Part shown: positions 50,266-59,202 of the stretch, piece by piece
Position numbering within the stretch: the first letter of the stretch is position 1
How the letters are laid out: each line of letters opens with the position of its first letter
Assembly: GCA_947589735.1 (NCBI GenBank)
Contig: CANQCR010000006.1
Coordinates: 6,161-70,160, forward strand
Direction: 5' to 3'
Source of the DNA: an uncultured Bacilli bacterium
GTDB lineage: Bacteria > Bacillota_I > Bacilli_A > RF39 > UBA660
DNA: 64,000 nucleotides
Translations under genes and position numbers: made by a program
The notes under the pieces: model-generated
Seen by the model: only the letters and a program-made list of their open reading frames with translations
Databases searched by the model: none
What the model was told of the DNA's origin: nothing

Positions 50266-50317
50266 AAATCACCTTTTTTTGACACCTATTATACTAAAAG
50301 TTAAAATTTTTTTAAAG

Positions 50318-51001
50318 TTAAATATCACCATTTTCTAAAAAACTATAATAATTTTTATGGCCAATGATAATATGATCTAAAATTTTAATCCCTAAAAGTT
50401 TACCAATTGCCACTAAACTCTTTGTCAGTTCAATATCTTCTTTACTTGGGAAAACATTATTAGCTGGATGATTATGAACACAAATAATTGAGGATGCACT
50501 ATAGTAGTATGCTTCTTTAAACACTTCACGGGGATGCACCACGCTATAATTAATCGTTCCAATGAAAAGAAGTTTTTCAAACACAATTTTTTTAGCATTA
50601 TCTAAATAAACGCAATAAAAGTACTCTTGTTTCTTATTATGTAAAATGGGATAGTAATAATCAAAAACTAGTTTTGAACTATTAAAAGTCTTACTGACAA
50701 TACTAGGCGTATAATTATTAATTCGCTTGCCAAGTTCAATTGCCGCTAATAAAACACAACTCTTTTTAATACCTATACCTTTAATATTAACTAAATTAGC
50801 ATAATTAAAATTATTTAAATCACCAATATTATTTAGTTTCATTAAAATAATACTAGCGAGTTCTTTAGCTGAATACTGATTCGTACCCGATTTAATCAAG
50901 ATAGCGATTAACTCTTCATTCGTTAAACTAGATGCCCCTAGAGTTATTAATTTTTCATACGGCCTTTCATCAACAGGCAAATCATGAATGCGCACGGTCA
51001 T
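50318..51001 (-). CDS. radC: RadC-family JAB-domain protein
   Basis: HhH-type N-terminal domain and JAMM motif HNHPANNVFPSKEDIELT. Confidence 0.9.
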   Translation of the reverse strand: MTVRIHDLPVDERPYEKLITLGASSLTNEELIAILIKSGTNQYSAKELASIILMKLNNIGDLNNFNYANLVNIKGIGIKKSCVLLAAIELGKRINNYTPSIVSKTFNSSKLVFDYYYPILHNKKQEYFYCVYLDNAKKIVFEKLLFIGTINYSVVHPREVFKEAYYYSASSIICVHNHPANNVFPSKEDIELTKSLVAIGKLLGIKILDHIIIGHKNYYSFLENGDI

Positions 51002-51452
51002 TGATGACTAACTCCTCATACTTTGATAGAATCTGACTACACACTTCACCGATAACAGCCTCATCCTGAGTATTGGAAAGTAGCTTATCAGCATTAGTTA
51101 AATAATTAACATAATCTTTATTAGTTAGGACATATTCTTCAATCGTCACTTGATATCCTAACGTTTTAAAATACGCTTCTAATTTTTGACAATTATCATT
51201 ATCAGTTGTTATACCGACATAAGCACTATACTTTCCATCTTTTTCAGTATAGATATAGTTAGCTAAAGCAAGTGTATTTTTCTCAAGTTCTTCTAAAGAC
51301 GCATATTCGCCATATTTGATAAAGTAAGCATTAACCCCATCCAAAGCTACTTGTTTGATACCATGATAATTATGATATTCTTCAAGTAGTGTTTTACCTA
51401 AAAAGAAACCCACAGCTAACCCAAATAAAATTGATATAACGTACTTTTTCAT
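50982..51452 (-). CDS. membrane-anchored SPOR-like domain protein
   Basis: ATG at 51452 (MKKYVISILFGLAVGFFLG), then a domain resembling SPOR (GVNAYFIKYGEYASLEE...YSAYVGIT). Confidence 0.5.
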   Translation of the reverse strand: MKKYVISILFGLAVGFFLGKTLLEEYHNYHGIKQVALDGVNAYFIKYGEYASLEELEKNTLALANYIYTEKDGKYSAYVGITTDNDNCQKLEAYFKTLGYQVTIEEYVLTNKDYVNYLTNADKLLSNTQDEAVIGEVCSQILSKYEELVINDRAHS

Positions 51453-51578
51453 TCTATCACCATCTTTAATATATTCTTTTTTTGTGTCTAAGAATGTCGA
51501 TATAGACAAAAGCAAAATAACATATTAACACATCTTTGACAATTTTCTCTTTTTCATAATTAGAATATTTTTTCACCC

Positions 51579-51608
51579 AAAAAAAGAGAAATAGCGATAC
51601 TATTTCTC
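51579..51608 (-). terminator. rho-independent terminator after ftsK
   Basis: GAGAAATA/TATTTCTC stem followed by T7 on the minus strand. Confidence 0.8.
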
Positions 51609-51624
51609 AATTTCTACAATCTTT

Positions 51625-53886
51625 TTATTCCGCAGAATCATCTTCCGCATATTTTTTTAATACCTCACGTGGTTTTGATCCATTAGGTGGACCAACAATT
51701 CCTCGTTCTTCTAACAAATCAATGCATCTTGCTGCTCTATTGTAGCCAAGGCGAAAACGACGTTGTAAAAGTGAGGTGCTAGCGCGGCCTTGTTCAATGA
51801 CAAAGTCAACAATCTCATCATATAGTGGTTCCTCAGTGGCATCTTTTGAATCACCATCAACCATTGAAGAAGACCTCATTTCTTCATCATCCATCACTAG
51901 CGTTTCATCATATCTAGCAACTTGTTGTTTACAACAGTAGTCAACAATCGCTTTTGTTTCATCTTCGGAAATGAAAGTACCTTGAATACGAATAGGAACA
52001 CTTTCGCCCTGTGGTAAATAAAGCATATCACCTTTACCAAGAAGTTTTTCCGCACCAATCATATCAAGAATAGTTCTAGAATCAATTCCACTTGATACGG
52101 CAAAGGATATTCTTGATGGAATATTAGCTTTAACAACACCGGTAATGACATCCGTTGATGGTCTTTGCGTGGCGACAATTAGATGAATGCCGGCGGCTCT
52201 TGCCATTTGAGTAATCCGCATAATGGAGTCTTCTACTTCTTTTGCAGCAACAAGCATCAAATCTGCTAACTCATCGATAATAACGACAATATAAGGCATC
52301 AATTTCTTCTTTTCAGAATCTGGTAAAGAAGCATTTTCGCGTCTTATCCGTTCATTATAACTCGTTATATTTTTATTGTTGTTTCGTTCAAATAATTCAT
52401 AACGATTTTCCATCTCAACAACAATTTTCTTTAAAGCAATATTAGCTTTTTTTGGATCTGTAATAACAGGCGTTAAAAGATGAGGAACCCCGTTATAAAC
52501 AGATAATTCAACCTTTTTAGGATCGACTAAAACAAGTTTTACTTCATCTGGTTTAGCACGCATCAAAATAGTAGCTAAGAAACTGTTGATACCAACCGAT
52601 TTACCAGAACCCGTTGACCCGGCCACCAAAAGATGCGGTGTTTTATCGATTTCCATAAACATAGGATTACCCATAATATCTTTACCTAAAACCGCCAAAA
52701 GTTTCTTTTCTCTTTTAGGATCATACTCATTAGCTCGCGCAATAATTTCTCTTACACTAACCATTGAAGTATGTTTATTAGGTATTTCAATACCAATGGT
52801 ACTCTTACCAGGAATTGGCGCTTGAATACGCACATCTTTAGCAGCTAAATTAAGAGCAATCTCCCGGTTTAAACTCAAAATTTTATTAACTCTCGTTCCC
52901 GCTTTTATCTCTAATTCGTACTGCGTTACTGATGGTCCGACATGAGCAGATACTACTTTGCTTTCAATACCAAAATCGAGAAGAACTTTCGTAATAATCG
53001 GAATATTATTTTTAATTTGTTCTTGATTTTCTTTACTATTACCCTTCATTGGTTTATTAAGTAAACTAAGAGGTGGATACTCCCAATTAACTGACGTGTA
53101 AGCGTTTTCTTCTAGGGTATCACTCGCTTCAGCCCGAACCTCCGGTTTAGTATGCATCTCTTCCCTTTTAATAACTTCCCGGTGATCTTCACTAGACGCA
53201 TCTGTAACTTCAACTTCATCATCCAACTCGTCATCGTCATCTTCGTCTTTGGTTTTACTAGCTGACTGTTTATGAATTGTTGATGCAAGTGAATGCATTC
53301 CACTTTTCGTCTTTTTAATCGCATCATAAATAGATAAGCCGGTAAACATAATAAAGCCACAAATAATGACAGCGATTGAAACCACAACTGTTCCATCTTT
53401 GGTTAGAAGGGATACCATAACGGATGCTAGGGCACCACCAATGATACCACCACCAATATCAGGGCTAACATTAAAAGAAGTTCCCGTCTTAATAAAGTTC
53501 ATAACATTATTAAAAGTACTTTCCATTACCTTTAGGGTATCCGTAGAAAACTTAAACGTATCCGGATTCTCAATAAAGTTTAAATGCGATAGCGTTAATA
53601 CAGCTAAAGCAATAATATATAGACCAATTAATTTCGTCGTTAATAATTTAGGCTTTTTGCGAGTAACAATCATATAAACACCGCAAATACCTACAAGTAG
53701 TAGTAAAACAGCCCACCAATCACCGACTAAAAAAGCGGCAAATCCCCTAATAATATCAGCTACTTTACCAAAAGGAAGGCACCCAATAATCATAATAAGG
53801 ATTAAACCTATTCCTTTTAAATCCGTTGTAAAACTATTCTCTTTAGCTTCAGGCTTATTTGTCTTACGCTTTTTTTTCTTTGCCAT
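51625..53886 (-). CDS. ftsK: DNA translocase FtsK/SpoIIIE
   Basis: N-terminal TM helices, an acidic linker, a motor domain with GSTGSGKSV, and a C-terminal gamma wHTH domain (LLQRRFRLGYNRAARCIDLLEE). Confidence 0.95.
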   Translation of the reverse strand: MAKKKKRKTNKPEAKENSFTTDLKGIGLILIMIIGCLPFGKVADIIRGFAAFLVGDWWAVLLLLVGICGVYMIVTRKKPKLLTTKLIGLYIIALAVLTLSHLNFIENPDTFKFSTDTLKVMESTFNNVMNFIKTGTSFNVSPDIGGGIIGGALASVMVSLLTKDGTVVVSIAVIICGFIMFTGLSIYDAIKKTKSGMHSLASTIHKQSASKTKDEDDDDELDDEVEVTDASSEDHREVIKREEMHTKPEVRAEASDTLEENAYTSVNWEYPPLSLLNKPMKGNSKENQEQIKNNIPIITKVLLDFGIESKVVSAHVGPSVTQYELEIKAGTRVNKILSLNREIALNLAAKDVRIQAPIPGKSTIGIEIPNKHTSMVSVREIIARANEYDPKREKKLLAVLGKDIMGNPMFMEIDKTPHLLVAGSTGSGKSVGINSFLATILMRAKPDEVKLVLVDPKKVELSVYNGVPHLLTPVITDPKKANIALKKIVVEMENRYELFERNNNKNITSYNERIRRENASLPDSEKKKLMPYIVVIIDELADLMLVAAKEVEDSIMRITQMARAAGIHLIVATQRPSTDVITGVVKANIPSRISFAVSSGIDSRTILDMIGAEKLLGKGDMLYLPQGESVPIRIQGTFISEDETKAIVDYCCKQQVARYDETLVMDDEEMRSSSMVDGDSKDATEEPLYDEIVDFVIEQGRASTSLLQRRFRLGYNRAARCIDLLEERGIVGPPNGSKPREVLKKYAEDDSAE

Positions 53887-53953
53887 TTTATCACCTGTAT
53901 TCTCTTCTTATAGTATAACATAAATAAAACGTAAATACTACTGAAAAAAGCTA

Positions 53954-54118
53954 CTAACTATTAGCAGCTCTTTGATCAAAATTATTAAAATTCTCGCTCC
54001 ATACATCCTTAATCTCTGGCCATAAAAAGAAAACAAGCACAGCAGCTATTGCAACAAATAAGATAATCTTAGGCCAAGGACTCTTCATATGGGGGTCTGG
54101 TTGTCCAACCTTTGGCAT
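53954..54118 (-). CDS. small single-TM protein (54 aa), not in the ORF track
   Basis: AGGAGGAATACA SD, then ATG at 54118. MPKVGQPDPHMKSPWPKIILFVAIAAVLVFFLWPEIKDVWSENFNNFDQRAANS, TAG at 53954. Confidence 0.55.
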   Translation of the reverse strand: MPKVGQPDPHMKSPWPKIILFVAIAAVLVFFLWPEIKDVWSENFNNFDQRAANS

Positions 54119-54219
54119 TGTATTCCTCCTATCTTCTATATTAAATATAACACATTTTTAAAAATAATCATATACTTTTTTTAAAAAACATATAATTTAT
54201 TAGATTTGGAGGAATGAAA

Positions 54220-54714
54220 ATGGTCAATAAAAAAGGTGTATGGTTCTTAACACTATTTAGTCTAATTCTTGTTTTAAGTGTCTACTATATTACAATGCCA
54301 ACAGAACTACTAATAACTAGGCCTGTTTCTAAAGAAGAAGATAGCCCAACTGTTCAAACCGAAGACAGCACGATTCTAGTAGCTCTCAGGGTAGAAGATG
54401 AAGAAGCGGTTGAAAAAGAAATCGAATCACTAAAGAAAATTATTAGTGACTCATCTTCTTCCATCGAGGATAAAAATACCGCCTTTGAAAAAATGAAAGA
54501 AATAAACGCCAATCGTAGTAAAGAAGAAATCCTTGAAGAAAAAATAAAAGCTACCCATAACTTAGACACTTTCATAAAAATTAAAGGTAATAATATTAGT
54601 GTCACTATCAATACTTCTACACATAGTACAGAGCTTGCCAATAAAGTTATGCGAACAATTCAAGAAGACTATAAAGAACAAATGAAAATAACTGTTAAGT
54701 TTCAAACAGCTTAG
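54220..54714 (+). CDS. SpoIIIAH-like protein
   Basis: KKGVWFLTLFSLILVLSVYYITMP closely recalls the SpoIIIAH N-terminus. ATG at 54220 is 6 nt after TGGAGGA. Confidence 0.6.
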   Translation: MVNKKGVWFLTLFSLILVLSVYYITMPTELLITRPVSKEEDSPTVQTEDSTILVALRVEDEEAVEKEIESLKKIISDSSSSIEDKNTAFEKMKEINANRSKEEILEEKIKATHNLDTFIKIKGNNISVTINTSTHSTELANKVMRTIQEDYKEQMKITVKFQTA

Positions 54715-54795
54715 CAGTTATTTTTTCACGTTTTAAAGTATCAACGCATATTATATTATGAATATTGTATCCACCCTACTAGGAAGTGAGGATTT

Positions 54796-55002
54796 ATGAA
54801 TAAAAGCATTTTGACTAAAAGAGAAAAAGAAGTTTTCAATTTATTAATACAAAATTACACGACCAAAGATATTGCTAAAGACTTAAAAATAAGTGAAAAA
54901 ACAGTTCGTAATCATATTTCTAATACCATCCAAAAACTCGGTGTTAAAAGTCGCGCTCAGGCCGTCATTGAATTATTAAAATTGAAAGAAATAACACTAT
55001 AA
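54796..55002 (+). CDS. LuxR/GerE-type HTH transcriptional regulator (68 aa, HTH only)
   Basis: LTKREKEVFNLLIQNYTTKDIAKDLKISEKTVRNHISNTIQKLGV. Confidence 0.8.
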   Translation: MNKSILTKREKEVFNLLIQNYTTKDIAKDLKISEKTVRNHISNTIQKLGVKSRAQAVIELLKLKEITL

Positions 55003-55050
55003 AAAGACATTTTACATGTCTTTTTTTCATACATTAATATAGAGGTGAAT

Positions 55051-56001
55051 ATGTTAAAAAGAATTTGTCGAAAAAAATTAATTATCTCATCCACCGTTCT
55101 TCTTATTATCGGGATTTTATACTGTCTTCCAGTCTCAAAAAAAGAATCCCCTATCAAAACAGAATTAAACTATGTAAACTATGACATTAAAACCAATGAA
55201 GTCTATTTATTAAATAAAAACAATTACCTAACCCGGGTTAAAATTGCTACGGAAAATACCGATGAGGAATTAGTAGATGAAATCCTTAATATTTTAATAT
55301 GTGATGGTGAAGGCGAAGATAAAATACCTAACGGGTTTCAGTGTACAATCAATAAAGATACGAAAATTAATAGTATTTCTCTTAAAAATAAATTATTAAA
55401 ACTTGATATGTCGGATAACTTTTTAGATACATCTAAAGAATTAGAAGAAAAGAGTTTAGAATCTTTAGTCTATTCTCTAACCGGTATCGATGAGGTTGAT
55501 CAAATTATTGTTTATCTTAATGGTCATATTCTAACTAATTTGCCCCAAAACAATATTAATCTTCCATCTACTCTATCCCGTGACTTTGGTATTAATAAAA
55601 AGTACGAATTAACGAGTAGTAAAAATATTGACAGAACAACCATTTATTATATTGATCGAAATAATGATAATATCTACTATACACCTGTGACTTTAGTTAG
55701 TAATGATGCTAGAGAAAAAATAGAAATTATTGTTGATGAGTTAAGTAATAAAATTTTAACTAATAATCTAGCTAGTTATATGAATAACAATACGCGCATT
55801 TTAAATAGTGAAATTAAGAATAATACGATGTATCTTAATTTTAACGAGAATATTTTAAACGATTTTGACAATAATAGTATTTTAGAAGAAGTCATTTATA
55901 CAATCGCTCTTTCCGTTAATGATAATTATGATATTGACAATATTTTCTTTAACGTTAACGATAAGGAAATTCTAAAAACAACCGTTAAATCACTTGAATA
56001 A
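55051..56001 (+). CDS. GerM-like (GerMN domain) lipoprotein/membrane-anchored protein
   Basis: ATG at 55051 after AGAGGTGA, a signal anchor with Cys, and two repeated ~130-aa modules. Sits next to the gerE-like gene. Confidence 0.45.
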   Translation: MLKRICRKKLIISSTVLLIIGILYCLPVSKKESPIKTELNYVNYDIKTNEVYLLNKNNYLTRVKIATENTDEELVDEILNILICDGEGEDKIPNGFQCTINKDTKINSISLKNKLLKLDMSDNFLDTSKELEEKSLESLVYSLTGIDEVDQIIVYLNGHILTNLPQNNINLPSTLSRDFGINKKYELTSSKNIDRTTIYYIDRNNDNIYYTPVTLVSNDAREKIEIIVDELSNKILTNNLASYMNNNTRILNSEIKNNTMYLNFNENILNDFDNNSILEEVIYTIALSVNDNYDIDNIFFNVNDKEILKTTVKSLE

Positions 56002-56047
56002 TCATATTTTTTATTGTATAATGTACTTGTTCCTTGGGAACGGGTAT

Positions 56048-56124
56048 GTCTCAGTAGCTCAGCTGGATAGAGCATCGCCCTTCTAAGGCGAGTGTCGGGG
56101 GTTCGAATCCCTCCTGGGACACCA
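56048..56124 (+). tRNA. tRNA-Arg (anticodon TCT), CCA encoded
   Basis: Hand-folded: acceptor stem GTCTCAG/CTGGGAC, AGCTCAGCTGGATAGAGC D-arm, anticodon stem TCGCC/GGCGA with loop CTTCTAA, GGTTCGAATCC T-arm. 77 nt. Confidence 0.92.
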
Positions 56125-56137
56125 CGTTTTGATAGCG

Positions 56138-56169
56138 AAGCCTTGTATTATAAGGCTTTTATTGTTTTT
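56138..56169 (+). terminator. rho-independent terminator after the tRNA
   Basis: AAGCCTT-gtattat-AAGGCTT followed by TTTATTGTTTTT. Confidence 0.75.
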
Positions 56170-56244
56170 AAAGGGAAAAGTCGCCGTTTTTATCATAAAA
56201 ATGTAAATATAAATTGCGATAATTTTAATCAATATTTGACAAAA

Positions 56245-56268
56245 ACAAGACCAAAACAAGACCAAAAC
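56245..56268. repeat. 11-bp direct tandem repeat (ACAAGACCAAA x2, then AC)
   Basis: Read directly at 56245-56255 and 56256-56266. Lies between the tRNA and the first prophage-side gene. Confidence 0.9.
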
Positions 56269-56315
56269 TAAATACCATTAATTACAGTCAAACAATAAAG
56301 CTAGTCATCTTTTGA

Positions 56316-56471
56316 CTAGCTCATTAGTGGAACCATTTTAAAATAGTTGATAGGCTCTTCGCTACCGACAATTTTATCAAGAAAGTTTCGCAATTCTTCA
56401 AAAAACATTAATGATATCATAACATCAGTATCGTCAATTAAGTTATAGAATATTGTTGTTTTCTCGCTCAT
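56316..56471 (-). CDS. small acidic protein (51 aa), not in the ORF track
   Basis: AGGAGGTGACAAA SD, then ATG at 56471. MSEKTTIFYNLIDDTDVMISLMFFEELRNFLDKIVGSEEPINYFKMVPLMS, TAG at 56316. The hairpin AGCTAGTCA/TGACTAGCT overlaps the stop. Confidence 0.55.
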   Translation of the reverse strand: MSEKTTIFYNLIDDTDVMISLMFFEELRNFLDKIVGSEEPINYFKMVPLMS

Positions 56472-56475
56472 TTTG

Positions 56476-56522
56476 TCACCTCCTACTATATTATTATTGA
56501 TTTAATGTTAATTTCCTTTTAT
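56476..56522 (-). promoter_or_regulatory. conserved ~47-nt element, copy B (same as 39479-39525)
   Basis: 26/26 identity with 39479-39504, and GGAAAT at the same 9-nt offset. Confidence 0.5.
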
Positions 56523-56545
56523 TTTTTATGAGTTTTGAAATGTTA

Positions 56546-56573
56546 TTGACGACTGACCTACTTATGATATAAT
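56546..56573 (+). promoter_or_regulatory. strong sigma-A promoter with extended -10
   Basis: TTGACG (56546-56551), 16-nt spacer, TGaTATAAT (56565-56573). Drives ORF 56637..57071. Confidence 0.6.
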
Positions 56574-56636
56574 ATATACAAAAAAGGAAGAGAAAAAAGA
56601 AGTTAACAAAATAATTTATGGATTTTAGGAGAATTT

Positions 56637-57071
56637 ATGAAGTCAAAAGAATGGTTAAAAGCGATGCGCAAGAAAATTAAACCTAATCAAAAACAACTTA
56701 ATGACGAATCAGATGTTAATAAAACTACCATCGAAAACACAGGACATAGCCGTAAACAAGATTTTGAACAAACACGAAAAGCAATCGATGAATATTTTAA
56801 AGCGAAAGACAAAGGAACTTTTAAATTGTCATATGATTGTGAAGATTTAATTGAAGAAATCAGACAAGATATTGAAGAGTTTGGAGAAAACCACGAATGC
56901 ATTTTGATTTATAAAGTTATAGACGGAGCTTTCATCTTTACAAATTACGATTTCATTACGGATGAAGAACCATTTAATCCTGAAAAAGAATTAAACGACA
57001 ATGAATATTATATAATCGCAACATTTAAATATGCTTTAGACGTTTTTGAAAAGCAAAACACAATAATTTAG
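56637..57071 (+). CDS. hypothetical protein with degenerate XRE-like N-terminus and unknown acidic C-terminal domain (prophage accessory 'moron' position)
   Basis: SD AGGAGA. WLKAMRKKIKPNQKQLNDESDVNKTTIENTGHSRKQ resembles an HTH. Opposite strand to all surrounding phage genes. Confidence 0.6.
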   Translation: MKSKEWLKAMRKKIKPNQKQLNDESDVNKTTIENTGHSRKQDFEQTRKAIDEYFKAKDKGTFKLSYDCEDLIEEIRQDIEEFGENHECILIYKVIDGAFIFTNYDFITDEEPFNPEKELNDNEYYIIATFKYALDVFEKQNTII

Positions 57072-57076
57072 TGAAT

Positions 57077-57110
57077 AAAAAGAACTAGTTAGAACCAACT
57101 AGCTCTTTTT
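57077..57110. terminator. bidirectional terminator between the moron gene and the endolysin gene
   Basis: AGAACTAGTT/AACTAGCTCT stem (one mismatch) flanked by A and T runs. Confidence 0.7.
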
Positions 57111-58062
57111 ATATTTTTTTCAACGCTTTTTCTTGGTACCATCCAGTCGTGCCAAATGCATTACCAACCTTATATGGATATTTTGCACCAGCTATATAGT
57201 CCTTGATTTTTCTTTTATATCCAATTCCACCAGCGGTATGCCCTTTCCCACTTGCTTGACTATTACCATTGCCTATAATTTGTACCTTATCTCCTTTTTC
57301 TAGGCTTTTTTTGGGTTCTGACGACGGTTTAGTCGTTTCGGTAGGCTTCGCTTCATTTTGAGGCGTTTCTTGAGGTTTTGGAGGGTCTACTGGTGTTGAC
57401 TCTGCTTTTTTAGTATATCCGTTTAGTCCTTTTTCTAACATAATGTTAGGATAATCTTTATAGGCATAGTCTTGGTCACATACCACACCGGCCACTTTAT
57501 TTGTTCTTACATAATTTGAGCTACCACCGAACTGCCACATTCCGTGCTTTGGACTTGCAGGGTTAGATTTGCTCCAATTAGCAAGCCACTTGTCATAAGG
57601 TTTAATTATTGTACTATCTATTTTATTTTTAAACCAGTTGGAATTAGCATAGACACTGACATAATATCCTTTACCTTCTAAATATTCGCAAAAGCCTTTT
57701 ACAGCTTCAGCTACGGCTTTCTTGCTTGCCTTGCTCTGATATTTCGTATCTTCAACATCTATAGCGATTGGATATTCAAATTGCTTTCCTTTTAAACAAT
57801 TCTTATACATATATTCGGCTTCAGCTTGTCCATTTGCATAAGTTGTTGCCCTAGAAAACCAATATGCACCTACTTGAATACCATTATTTTTAGCATTTTT
57901 ATAATGACTTTCAAAACATTTGTCTTTAGCTTTAGATGTTCCATTTCCAGAACCAGTATAACCAGCTCTTATAATGGCAAACTTGACGCCCTCACTTTTT
58001 GCCTTTTTAAAGTCGAATCCTTTCTGCCATTCTGATATATCAATACCAAATATTTTATTCAT
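57109..58062 (-). CDS. phage endolysin: GH25 muramidase plus C-terminal SH3-like cell-wall-binding domain
   Basis: FGIDISEWQKGFDFKKAKSEGVKFAIIRAGYTG (GH25), a Pro/Thr/Lys linker, and a C-terminal GDKVQIIGNG...GWYQEKALKKI. ATG at 58062 after GAAGGTGA. Confidence 0.9.
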   Translation of the reverse strand: MNKIFGIDISEWQKGFDFKKAKSEGVKFAIIRAGYTGSGNGTSKAKDKCFESHYKNAKNNGIQVGAYWFSRATTYANGQAEAEYMYKNCLKGKQFEYPIAIDVEDTKYQSKASKKAVAEAVKGFCEYLEGKGYYVSVYANSNWFKNKIDSTIIKPYDKWLANWSKSNPASPKHGMWQFGGSSNYVRTNKVAGVVCDQDYAYKDYPNIMLEKGLNGYTKKAESTPVDPPKPQETPQNEAKPTETTKPSSEPKKSLEKGDKVQIIGNGNSQASGKGHTAGGIGYKRKIKDYIAGAKYPYKVGNAFGTTGWYQEKALKKI

Positions 58063-58063
58063 C

Positions 58064-58327
58064 TTATTCACCTTCCATTGTTTTATCTTTTATATGAAAT
58101 AAGTCATAAAGACCGGCAACCCCAAAGGCTGCACCAAAACAGATTAATCCTGCAATCAATGGATCGCTAATCAAACCTGTATCTATCGTTATTATTGTTG
58201 CAATAATGCTAATTATTAGATTCTGTAGTGGGATTAATCTTGATGGGACTAGATTGTTTTTGAAAAACATACCTAAAAGTCCCGTAACAACTGCTGTTAC
58301 AACCGCAACAATTATTTCAACCGTCAT
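58064..58327 (-). CDS. phage holin
   Basis: 87 aa, 2-3 TM helices and a charged C-terminus. Immediately upstream of the endolysin. SD GAGGTGAT. Confidence 0.8.
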   Translation of the reverse strand: MTVEIIVAVVTAVVTGLLGMFFKNNLVPSRLIPLQNLIISIIATIITIDTGLISDPLIAGLICFGAAFGVAGLYDLFHIKDKTMEGE

Positions 58328-58336
58328 ACTATCACC

Positions 58337-58729
58337 TCATTTCTTAATTTTCATAACCTTGTTCCAGCGAGAATGAATATAACTATTTCCGTGATAAACA
58401 TTTGTATATTTGTCATAAGCGTCATAGGCTCGCTCGGTTTCTAAATCACTGACATTTACGCCTTCTTCAACATCAGCAAGAAATCTTACAAGATAGTTTT
58501 TACATTGATCCTCTCCTAAACAATTTAATTTATTATTAAAATCTTTTATTAATTTATCTATTTTATCGTCTATTTCTTTTTTATTTGTGACCATTTGTTT
58601 TGTTATGGGGTCAGCTATCGCTTTCTGGAATATTTTTTTCGCATATTTAATCAAAAGCAGACAACTTCCTATAAAAGCCGCAAGAAATCCAACGCTAGAA
58701 GCCAATGTTCCTAATGTTATATTTTCCAC
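58337..58729 (-). CDS. phage membrane protein upstream of the holin (XhlA-position lysis accessory?)
   Basis: GTG start, an N-terminal TM helix and a coiled-coil middle. Placement just before holin-lysin. Confidence 0.5.
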   Translation of the reverse strand: MENITLGTLASSVGFLAAFIGSCLLLIKYAKKIFQKAIADPITKQMVTNKKEIDDKIDKLIKDFNNKLNCLGEDQCKNYLVRFLADVEEGVNVSDLETERAYDAYDKYTNVYHGNSYIHSRWNKVMKIKK

Positions 58730-58745
58730 TTTTTACCTTCTTTCT

Positions 58746-59180
58746 TTACTTCTTTGTAAACTTTAATTCTACAGTAGTTAATTGTACCCCAAGAGCCATA
58801 TTGTTAGCCGCAGTTGACGCTTTTTTTAGCGTTAAAGTAACATTGACTGAAGATCCAGAAGACCTAACTGCTGTTAAAGTGCCACTATCACTTAAATGGC
58901 TATATTCAATGACATAGCCTCCGGTACCACCACGAACAGAAGCAATTATATCTAGAACTTCGATATTCATATCTTCAGGAATAAACTTGTCAACAGGTAC
59001 GTTAAAGATAACTTGTGTTCTTCCTGTAGTTAAATATCCTCCAACGGCTATAACTGATGAATTAGTAAAGATTTCACCATCTTTAAAAGCCATATTGTCT
59101 AAAAGGTTACTTAATAGTTTATTTTCATATGCAATTGAATCAGCTGTAATTTTATAATTATTCGTTTTCACTAAATCCAT
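58746..59180 (-). CDS. small tail-tip/fibre-like protein, paralog C
   Basis: Start at the ATG at 59180 (MDLVKTNNYKITADSIAYENKLLSNLLDN). Shares its N-terminal motif with the two upstream genes. Confidence 0.55.
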   Translation of the reverse strand: MDLVKTNNYKITADSIAYENKLLSNLLDNMAFKDGEIFTNSSVIAVGGYLTTGRTQVIFNVPVDKFIPEDMNIEVLDIIASVRGGTGGYVIEYSHLSDSGTLTAVRSSGSSVNVTLTLKKASTAANNMALGVQLTTVELKFTKK

Positions 59181-59202
59181 TAATTGCGCTTTTAAATAAA
59201 CT

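Noticed and set aside
56083-56265. 60-aa minus-strand ORF.
   Set aside because: It overlaps the tRNA-Arg gene and its terminator. It is an artefact of ORF calling.
39479-56522. Considered the two direct ~47-nt repeats as boundaries of a 17-kb mobile element.
   Set aside because: The enclosed genes are core housekeeping (recA, rny, ftsK, mreCD, mgtE), and there is no recombinase. Both copies sit in 5' leader positions with an SD, so a regulatory role is more plausible.
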